Source of the DNA: a virus
Reading direction: 5' to 3' (one strand)
IMG/VR virus record: IMGVR_UViG_3300035676_000002
Span: 48,443-112,442 of that record
Length of the DNA: 64,000 nt
Shown: in pieces, positions 38,557-48,864 of the stretch
Layout: each line of letters begins with the position of its first letter
How positions within the stretch are numbered: position 1 is the first letter of the stretch
Made by a program: the position numbers and the translations under genes
Notes under the pieces: model-generated
What the model saw: only the letters and a program-made list of their open reading frames with translations
Told to the model about the DNA's origin: nothing
Database searches by the model: none

Positions 38557-38623
38557 TTTCTTTTCCTCTCTACCATCCCGTTGCGGCTAATGGTATGTGT
38601 TTTATTTTACTGCTAATCCCTCT

Positions 38624-40129
38624 TTATTTTCCCGCAACGGGAGCGTCAGAAAGGATTGTTGAAAAAATACTACGTAATTCTGATTCGGTGGTCAAGGGGG
38701 TTTCTGTGTTTTTTGTAAATAATTTTTCAATACGCTCGACCGCATCTCTTACTTCTTGCGTATCAGTGCTTACTGTAACTTCTGGTTTCTCTTCTGTAGC
38801 TGGTGGAGTTGGGGCAGGAGCAACGCTAGCTGCCTCAATTTCACGTTCTAGCGTTAGAAGTGAATCAAGTTTAGCACAGACTTCTTCATAAGATTCAGTC
38901 CCGACTTTTTGTCGGATAGAATTGAGAACAGCAACAGCTTCAATTTCATCCTCGAAATCTTTTTGGATGATTTCAGCCATTTTCCTTACCGTACTTTCCC
39001 GACTCATAACATCTGGAATCTGAGCTAAGAGTTGACCATCTAGCGCAGCGGCAATTCGCTGCATCTTTTCACCGTCAACGCAGTTTTGGTATGGATTCTG
39101 CCACGGCTCGGGCAATCTTTCCTCTCCATAAATCTGTACGGCAATACTTTCCGCGCTCTCGCGCAATGTGCTACGCTCTGCTTCGTCTGTATACTTTTCA
39201 TCCTTCAGTAGCCCATGAATACTTTCATAAACTAAACCTGACGCAGTATCCCAAGGAGCTTTTTGCTCCTTGGTGGTATAGTGACTTGCAAGATATTCCT
39301 TCATTGGAGGAATTTCTTCACTTGTAATATTGAGAACGCCCTGTTGCAAGCGTTGGGCTATCGCCTCCAATCGCTCGCTCTTGGCCCATTCGTCAACCTT
39401 ACCTCGCACATCAACAACTTCGGTATCTGGCTTATTTTCACCAAGATCAACAATAATCTTTCGTTCAAGCGCAGCTTCATCTTCTGCCGCCACATCAAGA
39501 TACAACGGTGATTCATCTGATTTATCAAATGCATCACGCATGAGATTATTGATAAAGTCAGGAGTCCACACGCCGCTTCGCTGAAGTGCCTGTGGGTCTG
39601 CTGGAATCGGAACGGCTGAGTATTCCATTAGGTCTTGCTCTAGGAAACGGATTCCTGTGACAAAATCCTCTTCGTCGCGCACGAAGTCATATTTCAATGC
39701 TCGCCAACCAGCACTGACTGCATTAAGGAGGCGCTTCTTATAGAGGGACAAGACTTGATCTGCGAATTGATTATCTTCCGCCGAAAGGAAATCAGCTTGT
39801 GAGCGAAGAACTCTGCCAGAGGCAGTTTCAACCAACTTCTCCCATGAGGAGGTTGCAATAGGCAATGTATCACGGCTATGCGCCCACATAACAACCGGAT
39901 TGGTTCGATAGTTTTCTAACCGCCACCCATCTTGCACGATTTCATGCCCATCTCGCTTCACTCCCGGCGAACTCACCGTGAAGATAATACTTCGATCACC
40001 TACCGAATCAGATTTGACAGCAGGGTTTGTCTCAAAAGAACGAATAACGAAATCGTCCTTTCCGACCTTATCCATCTTCTCACGAAAACGAATATAGAGT
40101 GGTAGGTGTTCTTTCTTAGTGGTTTTCAT
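38624..40129 (-). CDS. Prohead protease (HK97 family) with long C-terminal extension
   Basis: RDGHEI...NPVVMWAH...LNAVSAGW...LMEYSAVPIPADPQAL. Confidence 0.88.
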   Translation of the reverse strand: MKTTKKEHLPLYIRFREKMDKVGKDDFVIRSFETNPAVKSDSVGDRSIIFTVSSPGVKRDGHEIVQDGWRLENYRTNPVVMWAHSRDTLPIATSSWEKLVETASGRVLRSQADFLSAEDNQFADQVLSLYKKRLLNAVSAGWRALKYDFVRDEEDFVTGIRFLEQDLMEYSAVPIPADPQALQRSGVWTPDFINNLMRDAFDKSDESPLYLDVAAEDEAALERKIIVDLGENKPDTEVVDVRGKVDEWAKSERLEAIAQRLQQGVLNITSEEIPPMKEYLASHYTTKEQKAPWDTASGLVYESIHGLLKDEKYTDEAERSTLRESAESIAVQIYGEERLPEPWQNPYQNCVDGEKMQRIAAALDGQLLAQIPDVMSRESTVRKMAEIIQKDFEDEIEAVAVLNSIRQKVGTESYEEVCAKLDSLLTLEREIEAASVAPAPTPPATEEKPEVTVSTDTQEVRDAVERIEKLFTKNTETPLTTESELRSIFSTILSDAPVAGK

Positions 40130-42193
40130 TTACTTTTCCTCCGGTACGATTATGCAATGACAGCCATGAACATCGGCAAATTTTAGTGCTCCGTCACCGG
40201 GATAAGAAAAGTGATTCTTAACGCGGCAATGAGAGGTTGTAGAAACAGCCATGTAGCTTGTGTTCCCATTCATAGAGTTACGCGCCCCAAGATTCATCGC
40301 CCAAATAATCTCTTCCGTTCCCAATGTATAGGCAACGTCATATAGCTTATTAAACGACAACCGAATCTGTTGTTCCCGATTCTCCAAGGGTGCCTGTTCT
40401 ATTTCTTTTCGCAAAATACTCAATACCTCTATAAACCGACCTTCGTGAGACTCTAATTGGGACAATAATTGAATATTTTGTGTCCCACGTATCTCTTTTT
40501 GCAGAAAAGACAGCACTGAGTCAATATCCTTTGTGATTTTTGTCCATGTTTCTCTATGGTTATACTTATCGCTCCCCAATTGCATTGCGGCAACTAGAAT
40601 TGGACGAATACTGCGCCGCCACTTTTCTGATGTTGCGACAAGATCAAATACTTCGTCAGTTTCAGAATTGCGGAAACATTCGTTTCGAGTGTCGAAAAGT
40701 ATTCTCTTAATCTTGCGCGTTGCTCGTTCAACCAGTGGTTTAACGTCTTTAATGAGGCTAGTCCAACGCTTTGCATCAGAGAAAAGAATAATGCTACGTC
40801 CCTCGCCATCCTTTGCATCTTCCTCGTCAGCCGATTCTTTTGCATCTTTTGATCCTTCCTTTTCTGGCGTTAAGTCGGTCTTTGCGGCAAGACCAGAGCC
40901 AGAACTAGGAGAAGTAATCTGAGGAAGCTCGCCTGTTTCTGCCGCATCCTCCATGAGTTCAATTGGAATATAATTATTAAGAATTAATCCAACATCTCCA
41001 CCATCAACAGGATCAATGCCAAGGTCGAGTTTTGCAATTGCTTGATTAAGTGGGATACCGCTTGATACCATACTCTTAAGAATATTCATTTTGGTATCCA
41101 TATAATCCATCATTACTGGTAATCCATCATAATCAAAATAAATAGAAATCTTCTTTGTTCCTTTAAGGAATTTATTGATATATCCCTCATTTAATCCTTC
41201 TGCTAGCATAGATGCCCACGGGAATACTGCATTTTCATACTTCAGCATTCTCGCAACGGACAATTGATCCTTACTTAAACCGCTATGCTCATTGTCGTTG
41301 AGCAACTGCACCGGATACTGATAGATAGATGCAGCTTCTTGACGAGTAAATTTACGCGACTCCAAATATTGCGCGGCAGAATGGGTAACTCCGAGCACTT
41401 TTAAATCGAAGTCTCCACCAATTACTGCAAGACCGCCTCCGCGCTGCGGACCCGCGTAAGCTTCATGCCATGCTTCATAAATAGTGTCCCTTGCCGCTTT
41501 ATTGAGCGGTCCCGGTTTATAGGTTAATACGGCATCTGGCGTAGCATTATTACGGAAAAAGAACTTATCGAAAATAACACGCGCCGCATCTGCGTCAAGT
41601 TGGGCATCCATAGAAAGCCACGGTGGACACCCCATCCATTGATCGTAGTCATTAGGAATCATCCAATGAATCATTTGATCCAATGGGACAATAACTGTTG
41701 CTCCACCGGGAATCTGCACTTGCCACGATTCGGGAGGAGAATTATATGTACGCCGAATTGGCATAACCGAATCTGCCCCAAATAAAAGAAGTGATCGTGG
41801 GAATCCGGTTGAATCAATCTGATCTTTGTATACCCAAACATTTCCGCCCATGAGTAGGAACGTACCCCATTGTTCGATAAATCTTCGCTTTGATTGAATG
41901 GGATTGGGATTATCTATCTTGTATGAAAGAACGGGATGCTCTACTGGCACCCATGTCTTTGTAGAAAATTGCGTATCCTTATTACGCTTTGGCGTCCACA
42001 GCCCCATCGGAATATCGGCAAGGCTCGATACGATAGATCGGACTGTTGAATAAATCCACACATTTCTAAATGCACGTTTTCCGTATGCTTGTGTCGAATT
42101 CTGCTTCTGGAAAATTCGCGCAATCTCGGTTAAATCCGTACTGCGTTCATATTCGGATTCAGCAGGACGACCAAACTGATCTACAATCGACAT
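40130..42193 (-). CDS. Portal protein (HK97-like) with MuF-like C-terminal extension
   Basis: NPNP.QS, GGNVW, FFRNNATPDAVL, AQYLESRKF; C-terminus YPGDG....VHGCHC. Confidence 0.88.
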   Translation of the reverse strand: MSIVDQFGRPAESEYERSTDLTEIARIFQKQNSTQAYGKRAFRNVWIYSTVRSIVSSLADIPMGLWTPKRNKDTQFSTKTWVPVEHPVLSYKIDNPNPIQSKRRFIEQWGTFLLMGGNVWVYKDQIDSTGFPRSLLLFGADSVMPIRRTYNSPPESWQVQIPGGATVIVPLDQMIHWMIPNDYDQWMGCPPWLSMDAQLDADAARVIFDKFFFRNNATPDAVLTYKPGPLNKAARDTIYEAWHEAYAGPQRGGGLAVIGGDFDLKVLGVTHSAAQYLESRKFTRQEAASIYQYPVQLLNDNEHSGLSKDQLSVARMLKYENAVFPWASMLAEGLNEGYINKFLKGTKKISIYFDYDGLPVMMDYMDTKMNILKSMVSSGIPLNQAIAKLDLGIDPVDGGDVGLILNNYIPIELMEDAAETGELPQITSPSSGSGLAAKTDLTPEKEGSKDAKESADEEDAKDGEGRSIILFSDAKRWTSLIKDVKPLVERATRKIKRILFDTRNECFRNSETDEVFDLVATSEKWRRSIRPILVAAMQLGSDKYNHRETWTKITKDIDSVLSFLQKEIRGTQNIQLLSQLESHEGRFIEVLSILRKEIEQAPLENREQQIRLSFNKLYDVAYTLGTEEIIWAMNLGARNSMNGNTSYMAVSTTSHCRVKNHFSYPGDGALKFADVHGCHCIIVPEEK

Positions 42194-42202
42194 ATATTGT
42201 CC

Positions 42203-42847
42203 TTACTGAATGAGTTGAGCGTTATAGGCACATCCTGCACAATTTGTTACTTTAATCCATGTTGAATCGCAGTATTCAGTGAATGTGCAACTCCCATCTG
42301 CTGTGAAGCTACATACTTCCTTATCGGGGAATGACCCGACCTGACACCGAACTGAAAATGTTCCGGTTCCAGCAGTTAGGTCGAATACGACTTTATGCGT
42401 TCCTCTGCTATCTGCTGGATAGGAATTAGAATTACATGATGGTGTCTGCGTTGGGCAAACCGGAGTATTGGGATACCACGAATATGCCATATTCGGACGC
42501 ACTGTTACTGTAGCTGTTGGAGTAAGAGTAGCAGTGTTCACGGGAGTAGCCGTTCCCGTTGGGGTGGAGGTTCTGGTCGCCCCAGCGGTATATGTCGGCT
42601 TCGCTGTGCGCGTTGGTCGTTTCGTATGCGTCATTACTGGAGTAAATGTAGGCGTCCGAGTGGGCGTATATGTTCTCGTAGCCGTAGGGGTATTTGTCTT
42701 AGTTTGCGTTGCGGTAAACGATGGAGTTGCAGTTAGCGCGTGCGCCGATTTGCAACAAAATACGCAGCAGAACGTACACGCAGCAATTACCAATAGCATC
42801 ATACTAAAATAAAGCGCAAATTGTGATTCTCGTTTTTCTGTTTTCAT
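42203..42847 (-). CDS. Small secreted Thr/Pro-rich protein with Cys-rich C-terminal domain
   Basis: Hydrophobic N-terminus ending SAHA; about 80 aa T/P tract. Confidence 0.8.
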   Translation of the reverse strand: MKTEKRESQFALYFSMMLLVIAACTFCCVFCCKSAHALTATPSFTATQTKTNTPTATRTYTPTRTPTFTPVMTHTKRPTRTAKPTYTAGATRTSTPTGTATPVNTATLTPTATVTVRPNMAYSWYPNTPVCPTQTPSCNSNSYPADSRGTHKVVFDLTAGTGTFSVRCQVGSFPDKEVCSFTADGSCTFTEYCDSTWIKVTNCAGCAYNAQLIQ

Positions 42848-42871
42848 ATCATTCCCCTATTGGTTGCGTGT

Positions 42872-44635
42872 TTAGTTCTGTAAAACTTCTACCCAACATG
42901 AACCTATGCCGGTCGTTACATCTGCGGTCTGTACCTCAAAGGCAAGTGTTCCGGTATTCACTACAGCTACTTGCGTTTCATCAATCAAAGCAGATGACAT
43001 GACTTTTTGATCCTCAAATTCATGCCCATTTCCAGATACAATACCTAATCCAAACTTTGCACTTGCATCTGTAGTAGTAAAGTTACATTGCCAGTTGAGG
43101 ACTTCTCCGCTAACAACACCGATGCCCATACTGTAAATCCCCTGTGCCATTCCCGGTCGAATAGCAATACTGTAGAACTTTGGAGTCTTAGCTACGCCAG
43201 CGGCAGGGGTAATTGTTGGAGTATTACTTGGCGTGCGTGTGATCGTTGGAGTACGTGTCACGGTAGGAGTATTTAGATCAGTGACTCCAACTTTTACTTG
43301 GATAGAGTCAACTGAAGCCTTCCATCCATCAAAACTTGAATCAGTACCCGTCCATTGAACTGATACACCAGCCTTTAATGCCGTGCGGACATTAGCGGTC
43401 GTCCATGTTCCACCCCATAGCTGTGTTCCGTATGTGATGGTTTCATAGTCAGCATACGACCATGCTGATACACTTGCAAGGTCGCTTCCGGTTGCTACGT
43501 CATTCTTAAACAAGCGAACATGATAGTCTGCAAAATTGTCATCTTCGGCTTTGTGCTTAATGCGTACTTGAATACTTCGCACCGTAGCATTTGAAGCAAT
43601 CGAAGAAAGATCAAACGCGCACTTAAGATAGACGCTCTTTGTTCCGGCCCCTTTCTGAAAAGAGGCAATAGCTGGAACACCATCGGTTAATTTTGCGGCA
43701 CTCACATTCCCCCACAAAACAGTACCAACGCTCTGATCGTTTACGCACCCACTTGCGTCTACCCATCCCGTATCAACATTAGGCGTTGCTGTATTCGTAG
43801 CCGTGAACGTTGGAGTATTCGTCGGCGTATGGGTATTCGTCGGCGTATGAGTATTTGTAGGTGTATGCGTTGGGGTTTCGGTCGGCGTTTCGGTCGGCGT
43901 TTCGGTCGGCGTTTCGGTCGGCGTTGCCGTTGCTGTGCTCGTTGGCGTATTTGTTGGCGTATTTGTTGGGGCTGGAGTTGGGGTATCTAGCGTTGCTCCA
44001 ACCCAAGCGGCCCCGATCACTGAAAATCCGCTACCATGATCTGTTCCAACTGTCCATGATACATTAAGTGTCTGTGATCCAGAATTTGCGGCAAAAGTAA
44101 TTGCTACATCCCGAGATGCAAACCCGTTAAGTCCACCCGCAGAGCAGTCACCACCCGTTGCATCAATATTAGTATAAACAACCTGATCTGCACTATTATC
44201 ACTAAGCGAAAGGGTTAATTGCCCAGACGCAGAACACGTCCCAATACTGAGATGCACTGTGCGTGGTGATGCAGAAGCAGCTACCGTTAATGTAAAGGTG
44301 CGACCAGCAGCATTTTTTACAGAAGAAGAACTATTGACTACTGAAGTATGCGGAGCATTACCATCCGACCACGAATACATTGTCGCAAAAGCGCCAATTC
44401 CAGTTCCAGCATCTCCACCCAAATCGCTAATAATAGCAGCGTCGGGGTCTTTGCGATTCATCCCATCCCATACCCAATGACGCCAATCTGTCGTGCCAAC
44501 TGCCGTAAGGTCTATAGTAGCTGGGGCAGCAGTATCAGATGATACAGCGATATATCCTGCCGAAGCAGGAGAAACACTTCCCGCAAGGATAGTTGCAAGA
44601 AAGATGAACGGGACTAGAAGAAGGGACTTTTTCAT
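42872..44635 (-). CDS. Secreted modular Thr/Pro-linker protein sharing two module types with 12949..17019
   Basis: Start MKKSLL at 44635 behind AGGAG; signal peptide ending PASA; IDLTAVGTTDWRHW module; PT linkers. Confidence 0.82.
   Translation of the reverse strand: MKKSLLLVPFIFLATILAGSVSPASAGYIAVSSDTAAPATIDLTAVGTTDWRHWVWDGMNRKDPDAAIISDLGGDAGTGIGAFATMYSWSDGNAPHTSVVNSSSSVKNAAGRTFTLTVAASASPRTVHLSIGTCSASGQLTLSLSDNSADQVVYTNIDATGGDCSAGGLNGFASRDVAITFAANSGSQTLNVSWTVGTDHGSGFSVIGAAWVGATLDTPTPAPTNTPTNTPTSTATATPTETPTETPTETPTETPTHTPTNTHTPTNTHTPTNTPTFTATNTATPNVDTGWVDASGCVNDQSVGTVLWGNVSAAKLTDGVPAIASFQKGAGTKSVYLKCAFDLSSIASNATVRSIQVRIKHKAEDDNFADYHVRLFKNDVATGSDLASVSAWSYADYETITYGTQLWGGTWTTANVRTALKAGVSVQWTGTDSSFDGWKASVDSIQVKVGVTDLNTPTVTRTPTITRTPSNTPTITPAAGVAKTPKFYSIAIRPGMAQGIYSMGIGVVSGEVLNWQCNFTTTDASAKFGLGIVSGNGHEFEDQKVMSSALIDETQVAVVNTGTLAFEVQTADVTTGIGSCWVEVLQN
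43876..43923 (-). repeat. Perfect 12-bp tandem repeat x4 encoding TPTE
   Basis: (gtttcggtcggc)4 on the plus strand. Confidence 0.85.
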
Positions 44636-44715
44636 ATGGAAACTCCTATGCGGGACAAACATACATTGTATACTTACAAAAAAATACGGTTACTGCAAGT
44701 AGTTTTAGTTTTTTA

Positions 44716-46200
44716 CTAATCGGAATCTCGATTTAGGCGAAGGACTATCATCTGGTCGCCTAACGAATCGAAGTCTGGACAACTGATCGTACAGCCAAGT
44801 GCGGCCATAGAGAGCGCAATAATTGAGTCGATCTTTTTTGTTTTAATATCCTTGATGAATCGTCTACCTCGCCCCGGTATTTCTTTTACTGATACCATCA
44901 TTGCCTCAGAACGTAAATCATCATCTGGGCATATAACAATACCGATTTCTCTTAGTTTATCTAATAGATGCTCAGTCATCTTAATCGTGTTGGGCTGTGA
45001 CTGTGGGTACGGAACCATGTTCACACCCTTTTCTCGTAATCGCTGTGCGCTCGATTCAAATTGCCACGGATCGTAGTAGCATACCGAGATAAAAAATCTC
45101 TCCTGCAACTCTAGAATGTATGCTTCGACTGTTGTTTCAAAATTCAGCGGTTCTTCCTTGCTTGGTTGCCACCATCTACGGGGTCCGGTCCAAATTCGTC
45201 CCTGCTTCTTGAAACAACTCGCCACAGATGTTCTATCTTTGACAAGCGATACGTCTACTCCGAGAGCCAGCGGTCGTTGCTTATCTTCTGCAAGTGGAGT
45301 AAGATAGGAAGCTTCCTTCGCTGCCTCAACGCACTTGTCCCACTCGTTCATATCGAGTCCTTCTTCTGACTCAACCCATTCGTTTCGATGAATTCTCCGA
45401 AAAGCCGACCATCGGAATCCCGGTTCGTTCATTTGAAACTCATAGTATTCCTTATTTTGCCACGGCATACGCGGCTCATGGTCCCAATAAATAAATGTCT
45501 GACCATCGGTATAACACGGAAGCTCTGTTTCTACCCCGAGTTCGTAGTTCATGTACGTCCCGAAATCTAATTTGTTTTCTGGACGAACAATCTTCTTATA
45601 AATATCTTCCAATAAAACGGATTCACCTACCCATCCCGCATAGGTCGTAATAACACGCATGGCATTTTTTCGAGTTGGAGGAACAGCCATTTCCTCGAAA
45701 AGCCGTCGTCCCTTTTCTGAATTGAATGCCCATAATTCATCGAATAGAGAGAAGTTGGGATTCGATCCTGCCGCTCCCGCGAAGTCGTTGGCAAGCGGCA
45801 TGATGATGGTTCCATTGCACAATTCAATAACTCTATCTGTCGATTTCTTTGTTTCAGCAAGTAAAAGATCGTTTTGCTCAATAGAACGCTTGAATTCTTT
45901 ATAACTTCGTGCGGTACTTTGCTCCAAGTCATTTGCCAGTGAATATAATTCTCCATTTCGCGGGATAATGCCAGAAAACCCGAACCAACTCATGCACATA
46001 GCGCCGATTGCCGATTTCCCTGACTTCTTTGGAGCGGAATAGACAAATTGTTTATATTTCAGTTCTCCATCCTCATTGGGGGAGAATACGTGCGAAAGGA
46101 TTTTCTTCTGGTGCGGAGCCAGCCTGACCAAATCACCCGAAGGCAAGATAAACAACTTCTCCAAATATGGAACGATGGGAATGATCTTTTGTTGAGCCAT
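44716..46200 (-). CDS. terL: Terminase large subunit
   Basis: Walker A APKKSGKS, Walker B SLFDELW, nuclease motifs LGVDVS..DRT, YDPWQ, KIDSIIALSMA. Confidence 0.92.
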   Translation of the reverse strand: MAQQKIIPIVPYLEKLFILPSGDLVRLAPHQKKILSHVFSPNEDGELKYKQFVYSAPKKSGKSAIGAMCMSWFGFSGIIPRNGELYSLANDLEQSTARSYKEFKRSIEQNDLLLAETKKSTDRVIELCNGTIIMPLANDFAGAAGSNPNFSLFDELWAFNSEKGRRLFEEMAVPPTRKNAMRVITTYAGWVGESVLLEDIYKKIVRPENKLDFGTYMNYELGVETELPCYTDGQTFIYWDHEPRMPWQNKEYYEFQMNEPGFRWSAFRRIHRNEWVESEEGLDMNEWDKCVEAAKEASYLTPLAEDKQRPLALGVDVSLVKDRTSVASCFKKQGRIWTGPRRWWQPSKEEPLNFETTVEAYILELQERFFISVCYYDPWQFESSAQRLREKGVNMVPYPQSQPNTIKMTEHLLDKLREIGIVICPDDDLRSEAMMVSVKEIPGRGRRFIKDIKTKKIDSIIALSMAALGCTISCPDFDSLGDQMIVLRLNRDSD

Positions 46201-46354
46201 ACCTAGCCCCTAACACGGTATGATTTGGTAGGTCAATAGCATCTTGTAAATAGATCATCCCTTGTTTGCATCTCGGATATAATATCTTATCTGATCTTTA
46301 GTAAAACTCTCTCCTTGACTTCTGACGAAAAAGCTCTCCTTGACTTAATGCCTA

Positions 46355-46383
46355 TTGACAGGGGGGATTCATCATGCTATAGT
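46355..46383 (+). promoter_or_regulatory. Strong sigma70-like promoter TTGACA-N17-TATAGT (extended -10)
   Basis: Direct read; heads the plus-strand gene block. Confidence 0.75.
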
Positions 46384-46404
46384 AAGCTCACTGGAGACAA
46401 AAGA

Positions 46405-46587
46405 ATGAATATTTATGAATTTTTATCCATCTTGTTCATCACGGGAGGTAATGCGGCGATGATTCTTTACCGTCGCATCGAAGGATGGGAAATGGCAATC
46501 TTCACGGTAGCGCAGGTAATCATTTGCATGACCATAGTAGGAAACTCCATTACCAGAGAAAAAAATCTCTTGGAGAAGAAGCCATGA
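46405..46587 (+). CDS. Small membrane protein
   Basis: GGAG RBS; two hydrophobic segments. Confidence 0.55.
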   Translation: MNIYEFLSILFITGGNAAMILYRRIEGWEMAIFTVAQVIICMTIVGNSITREKNLLEKKP

Positions 46588-46778
46588 AGCACGAATTCTA
46601 CGTTCAGTGCCTTGAATGCAACGAAGATGAATTGTCCTTTATCGGAGAACAGGCGCATGAGCATGGCCCGATCCTTGTTTTTAACTGTAATGTGTGCCAT
46701 AAGAATACTTACATCGCAATGGTAATCGCGTGCGACGATGAACGACGGTCAGCAGAAAAATATTACTACGCGAATTAA
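46584..46778 (+). CDS. Small zinc-ribbon protein
   Basis: MKHEFYVQCLEC...FNCNVC; GGAG RBS; ATGA overlap with the previous gene. Confidence 0.65.
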   Translation: MKHEFYVQCLECNEDELSFIGEQAHEHGPILVFNCNVCHKNTYIAMVIACDDERRSAEKYYYAN

Positions 46779-46781
46779 AGG

Positions 46782-47606
46782 ATGGTAATGATTAACGAAA
46801 ATCAGCACTTGTATGCGATTAACGACGCTGCGAACTCTTTCTTTTCGCAGAAAATGAGAACCTACGCCGCAAATAATGCCAATCGGTATCTCTACAATCG
46901 CGGAATTAATAAGTGGAGCATCCAGCAGTTTTCAATTGGCTATTGTCCCTCGACGCAGGAATTCATAGACCATATGGATCGTTCTGGATATTCCATAGAT
47001 GCGTGCAAGAACCTAGGATTGGTAATTGCATCGACTCGCCCCGGCTCGAAACCGGGGGATGTTTTTTGTCCATTTGAGGAACGTATTGTATTCCCCGTGC
47101 ATAATTATTGGGGAAATGTCTGCGGATTCAGCGGTCGCATACTTGACGAATCGGAGAAAAAGCATAAGTATATTAATTCTAGTAAGAGTCCGATTTACCA
47201 TAAGGAAGAAATTCTCTATGGGTTCTTCCAAGCAAAGGCATCAATCACTTATAACAAGCGTGCAATTGTCGTGGAAGGCTATATGGATGTTATTCCAATG
47301 CATCAAATTGGATTTACTGAAACGGTCGCTTGCTGCGGTGTCGGGATTTCTGAGTATCATATCCATTTGTTTAAAATGATGGGAGTAAAAGTGATTGCTA
47401 TGCTCGACGGCGATAAGGCCGGAGAGGCAGGAGCTACGCGATTTAAGGCGCTTGCTGAATCTGCGCGACTCGATTATCAGATTGCATTTATCGGAAAGGG
47501 CGTCGATCCCGGCGAGATTGCTATTCAGCATGGGAAAAATCCTATTAATCAAGCAATTAGACAAAGCGGGTTAGGCCATAATGTAATTCCTATGCAAAAT
47601 CAATAA
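46782..47606 (+). CDS. DnaG-type primase catalytic core (TOPRIM), lacking the zinc-binding and helicase-binding domains
   Basis: YL.NRGI..., RIVFPV..GF.GR, KYINS..SPIYHK..LYG, VVEGYMDV, LDGDKAG, DPGE. Confidence 0.88.
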   Translation: MVMINENQHLYAINDAANSFFSQKMRTYAANNANRYLYNRGINKWSIQQFSIGYCPSTQEFIDHMDRSGYSIDACKNLGLVIASTRPGSKPGDVFCPFEERIVFPVHNYWGNVCGFSGRILDESEKKHKYINSSKSPIYHKEEILYGFFQAKASITYNKRAIVVEGYMDVIPMHQIGFTETVACCGVGISEYHIHLFKMMGVKVIAMLDGDKAGEAGATRFKALAESARLDYQIAFIGKGVDPGEIAIQHGKNPINQAIRQSGLGHNVIPMQNQ

Positions 47607-47797
47607 CTTAGCTCTACCCATCGACAGACGCCCCCCAATTGCCTATATTTTAGGCATAGTCTGGAGGGCGAGCGTATGTTCGACTGTGAGGTTGAGCTTT
47701 GGAATTCCCCTGTGGATGTGGAGTTTGATGCGGTGGATAGCGTAAGTGAGTATGAAGATTACAGAATAAGGAAAAAGAAAGCAAAAAGGAGAGTGCT

Positions 47798-48469
47798 ATG
47801 CCAACAGGAGCCTATCTTAATAAAAAGGGAATCAAAGTCCCTAGCGTAACCACAATCTTGAGTAAGAATCTCGGATGGAATCGTGATGTACTCATGGGGT
47901 GGGCTTATAAGCAGGGGAAAGAAGGCAAGGACTTCCGCGCTACAACGAAAGCCGCCGCCGATGCTGGAACGATTGCCCATGCTCTTATTGATGCTGACCT
48001 AACAGGAATAGAGATTGATCTAAAGGAGCAATTTCCAGAAGCAACAAGTGCTATTGTGGCGAAGGCTACGCGAGCATATCAAAATTTCCTCAAATGGAAA
48101 CAGTCCATGACGCTTCATGTGTATAAAACAGAAACTAAGTACGTATCGGAGGAGCATCAATTCGGTGGATGCCCTGATGGATTGGGCACGACGATCTACG
48201 GAAAGTCGCTACTCGATTGGAAGAGTAGCAAGGCTGTCTATCCAGAATATAAGATTCAACTCATGGGAGGATATGGAATCCTCGTAGACGAAAATGAGCC
48301 TGACTATCATCTGGAGTCATACGATCTTATTCGATTCGATAAGATTCAAGGCGCTTTCCATCATTATCATTTCGATGCCGATGATCCGCTTGTCTTGAGT
48401 TGCAAACGTGCTTTTATTCATTTGCGGGAATTAGATAAGTTACGCGGGGTCATTACAGGCGAAGAATAA
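47798..48469 (+). CDS. PD-(D/E)XK (Cas4/RecB-like) phage exonuclease
   Basis: PSVTTIL, GTIAHAL, E...GGCPD...LLDWKSS...QL..Y. Confidence 0.8.
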   Translation: MPTGAYLNKKGIKVPSVTTILSKNLGWNRDVLMGWAYKQGKEGKDFRATTKAAADAGTIAHALIDADLTGIEIDLKEQFPEATSAIVAKATRAYQNFLKWKQSMTLHVYKTETKYVSEEHQFGGCPDGLGTTIYGKSLLDWKSSKAVYPEYKIQLMGGYGILVDENEPDYHLESYDLIRFDKIQGAFHHYHFDADDPLVLSCKRAFIHLRELDKLRGVITGEE

Positions 48470-48501
48470 TCAACTCTTCATATAGAATTAGTATTTTTCA
48501 T

Positions 48502-48530
48502 TTGACACAATGCGTTAGTATTGCTATAAC
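48502..48530 (+). promoter_or_regulatory. Sigma70-like promoter TTGACA-N17-TATAAC
   Basis: Direct read; TG extension. Confidence 0.65.
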
Positions 48531-48559
48531 TTATACTATAGAAGGGTAGGTGATAGCTA

Positions 48560-48811
48560 ATGTTTACTCCATTTACGTTCGGTTTGGGAACAGCTTTAAT
48601 CCCAACAATAGGTTTATCAATTCCATTCAGTCCACTACAGTTTACAGTAGCGATTGTCGCTATTTTAATGGAGGTATGTATCTTATCGGTGCTTCTTGAC
48701 GTGAAGTTCCCTCCGCTACGGCGGAAATGGAGTACATACCATAGTGTACGAGAATGGGCGAGCGATTTAGTAGATCGCTTTAAACGTAATAAATGCGAAT
48801 GTGGGACTTGA
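48560..48811 (+). CDS. Small membrane protein
   Basis: Hydrophobic N-terminal half; own promoter and RBS. Confidence 0.55.
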   Translation: MFTPFTFGLGTALIPTIGLSIPFSPLQFTVAIVAILMEVCILSVLLDVKFPPLRRKWSTYHSVREWASDLVDRFKRNKCECGT

Positions 48812-48835
48812 CATTTCGTAAAGAGGTGTTATGAT
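48808..48835 (+). promoter_or_regulatory. Sigma70-like promoter TTGACA-N16-TATGAT
   Basis: Direct read. Confidence 0.6.
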
Positions 48836-48864
48836 GAATGGCACTAATATTTCGGAGGTTAGAT

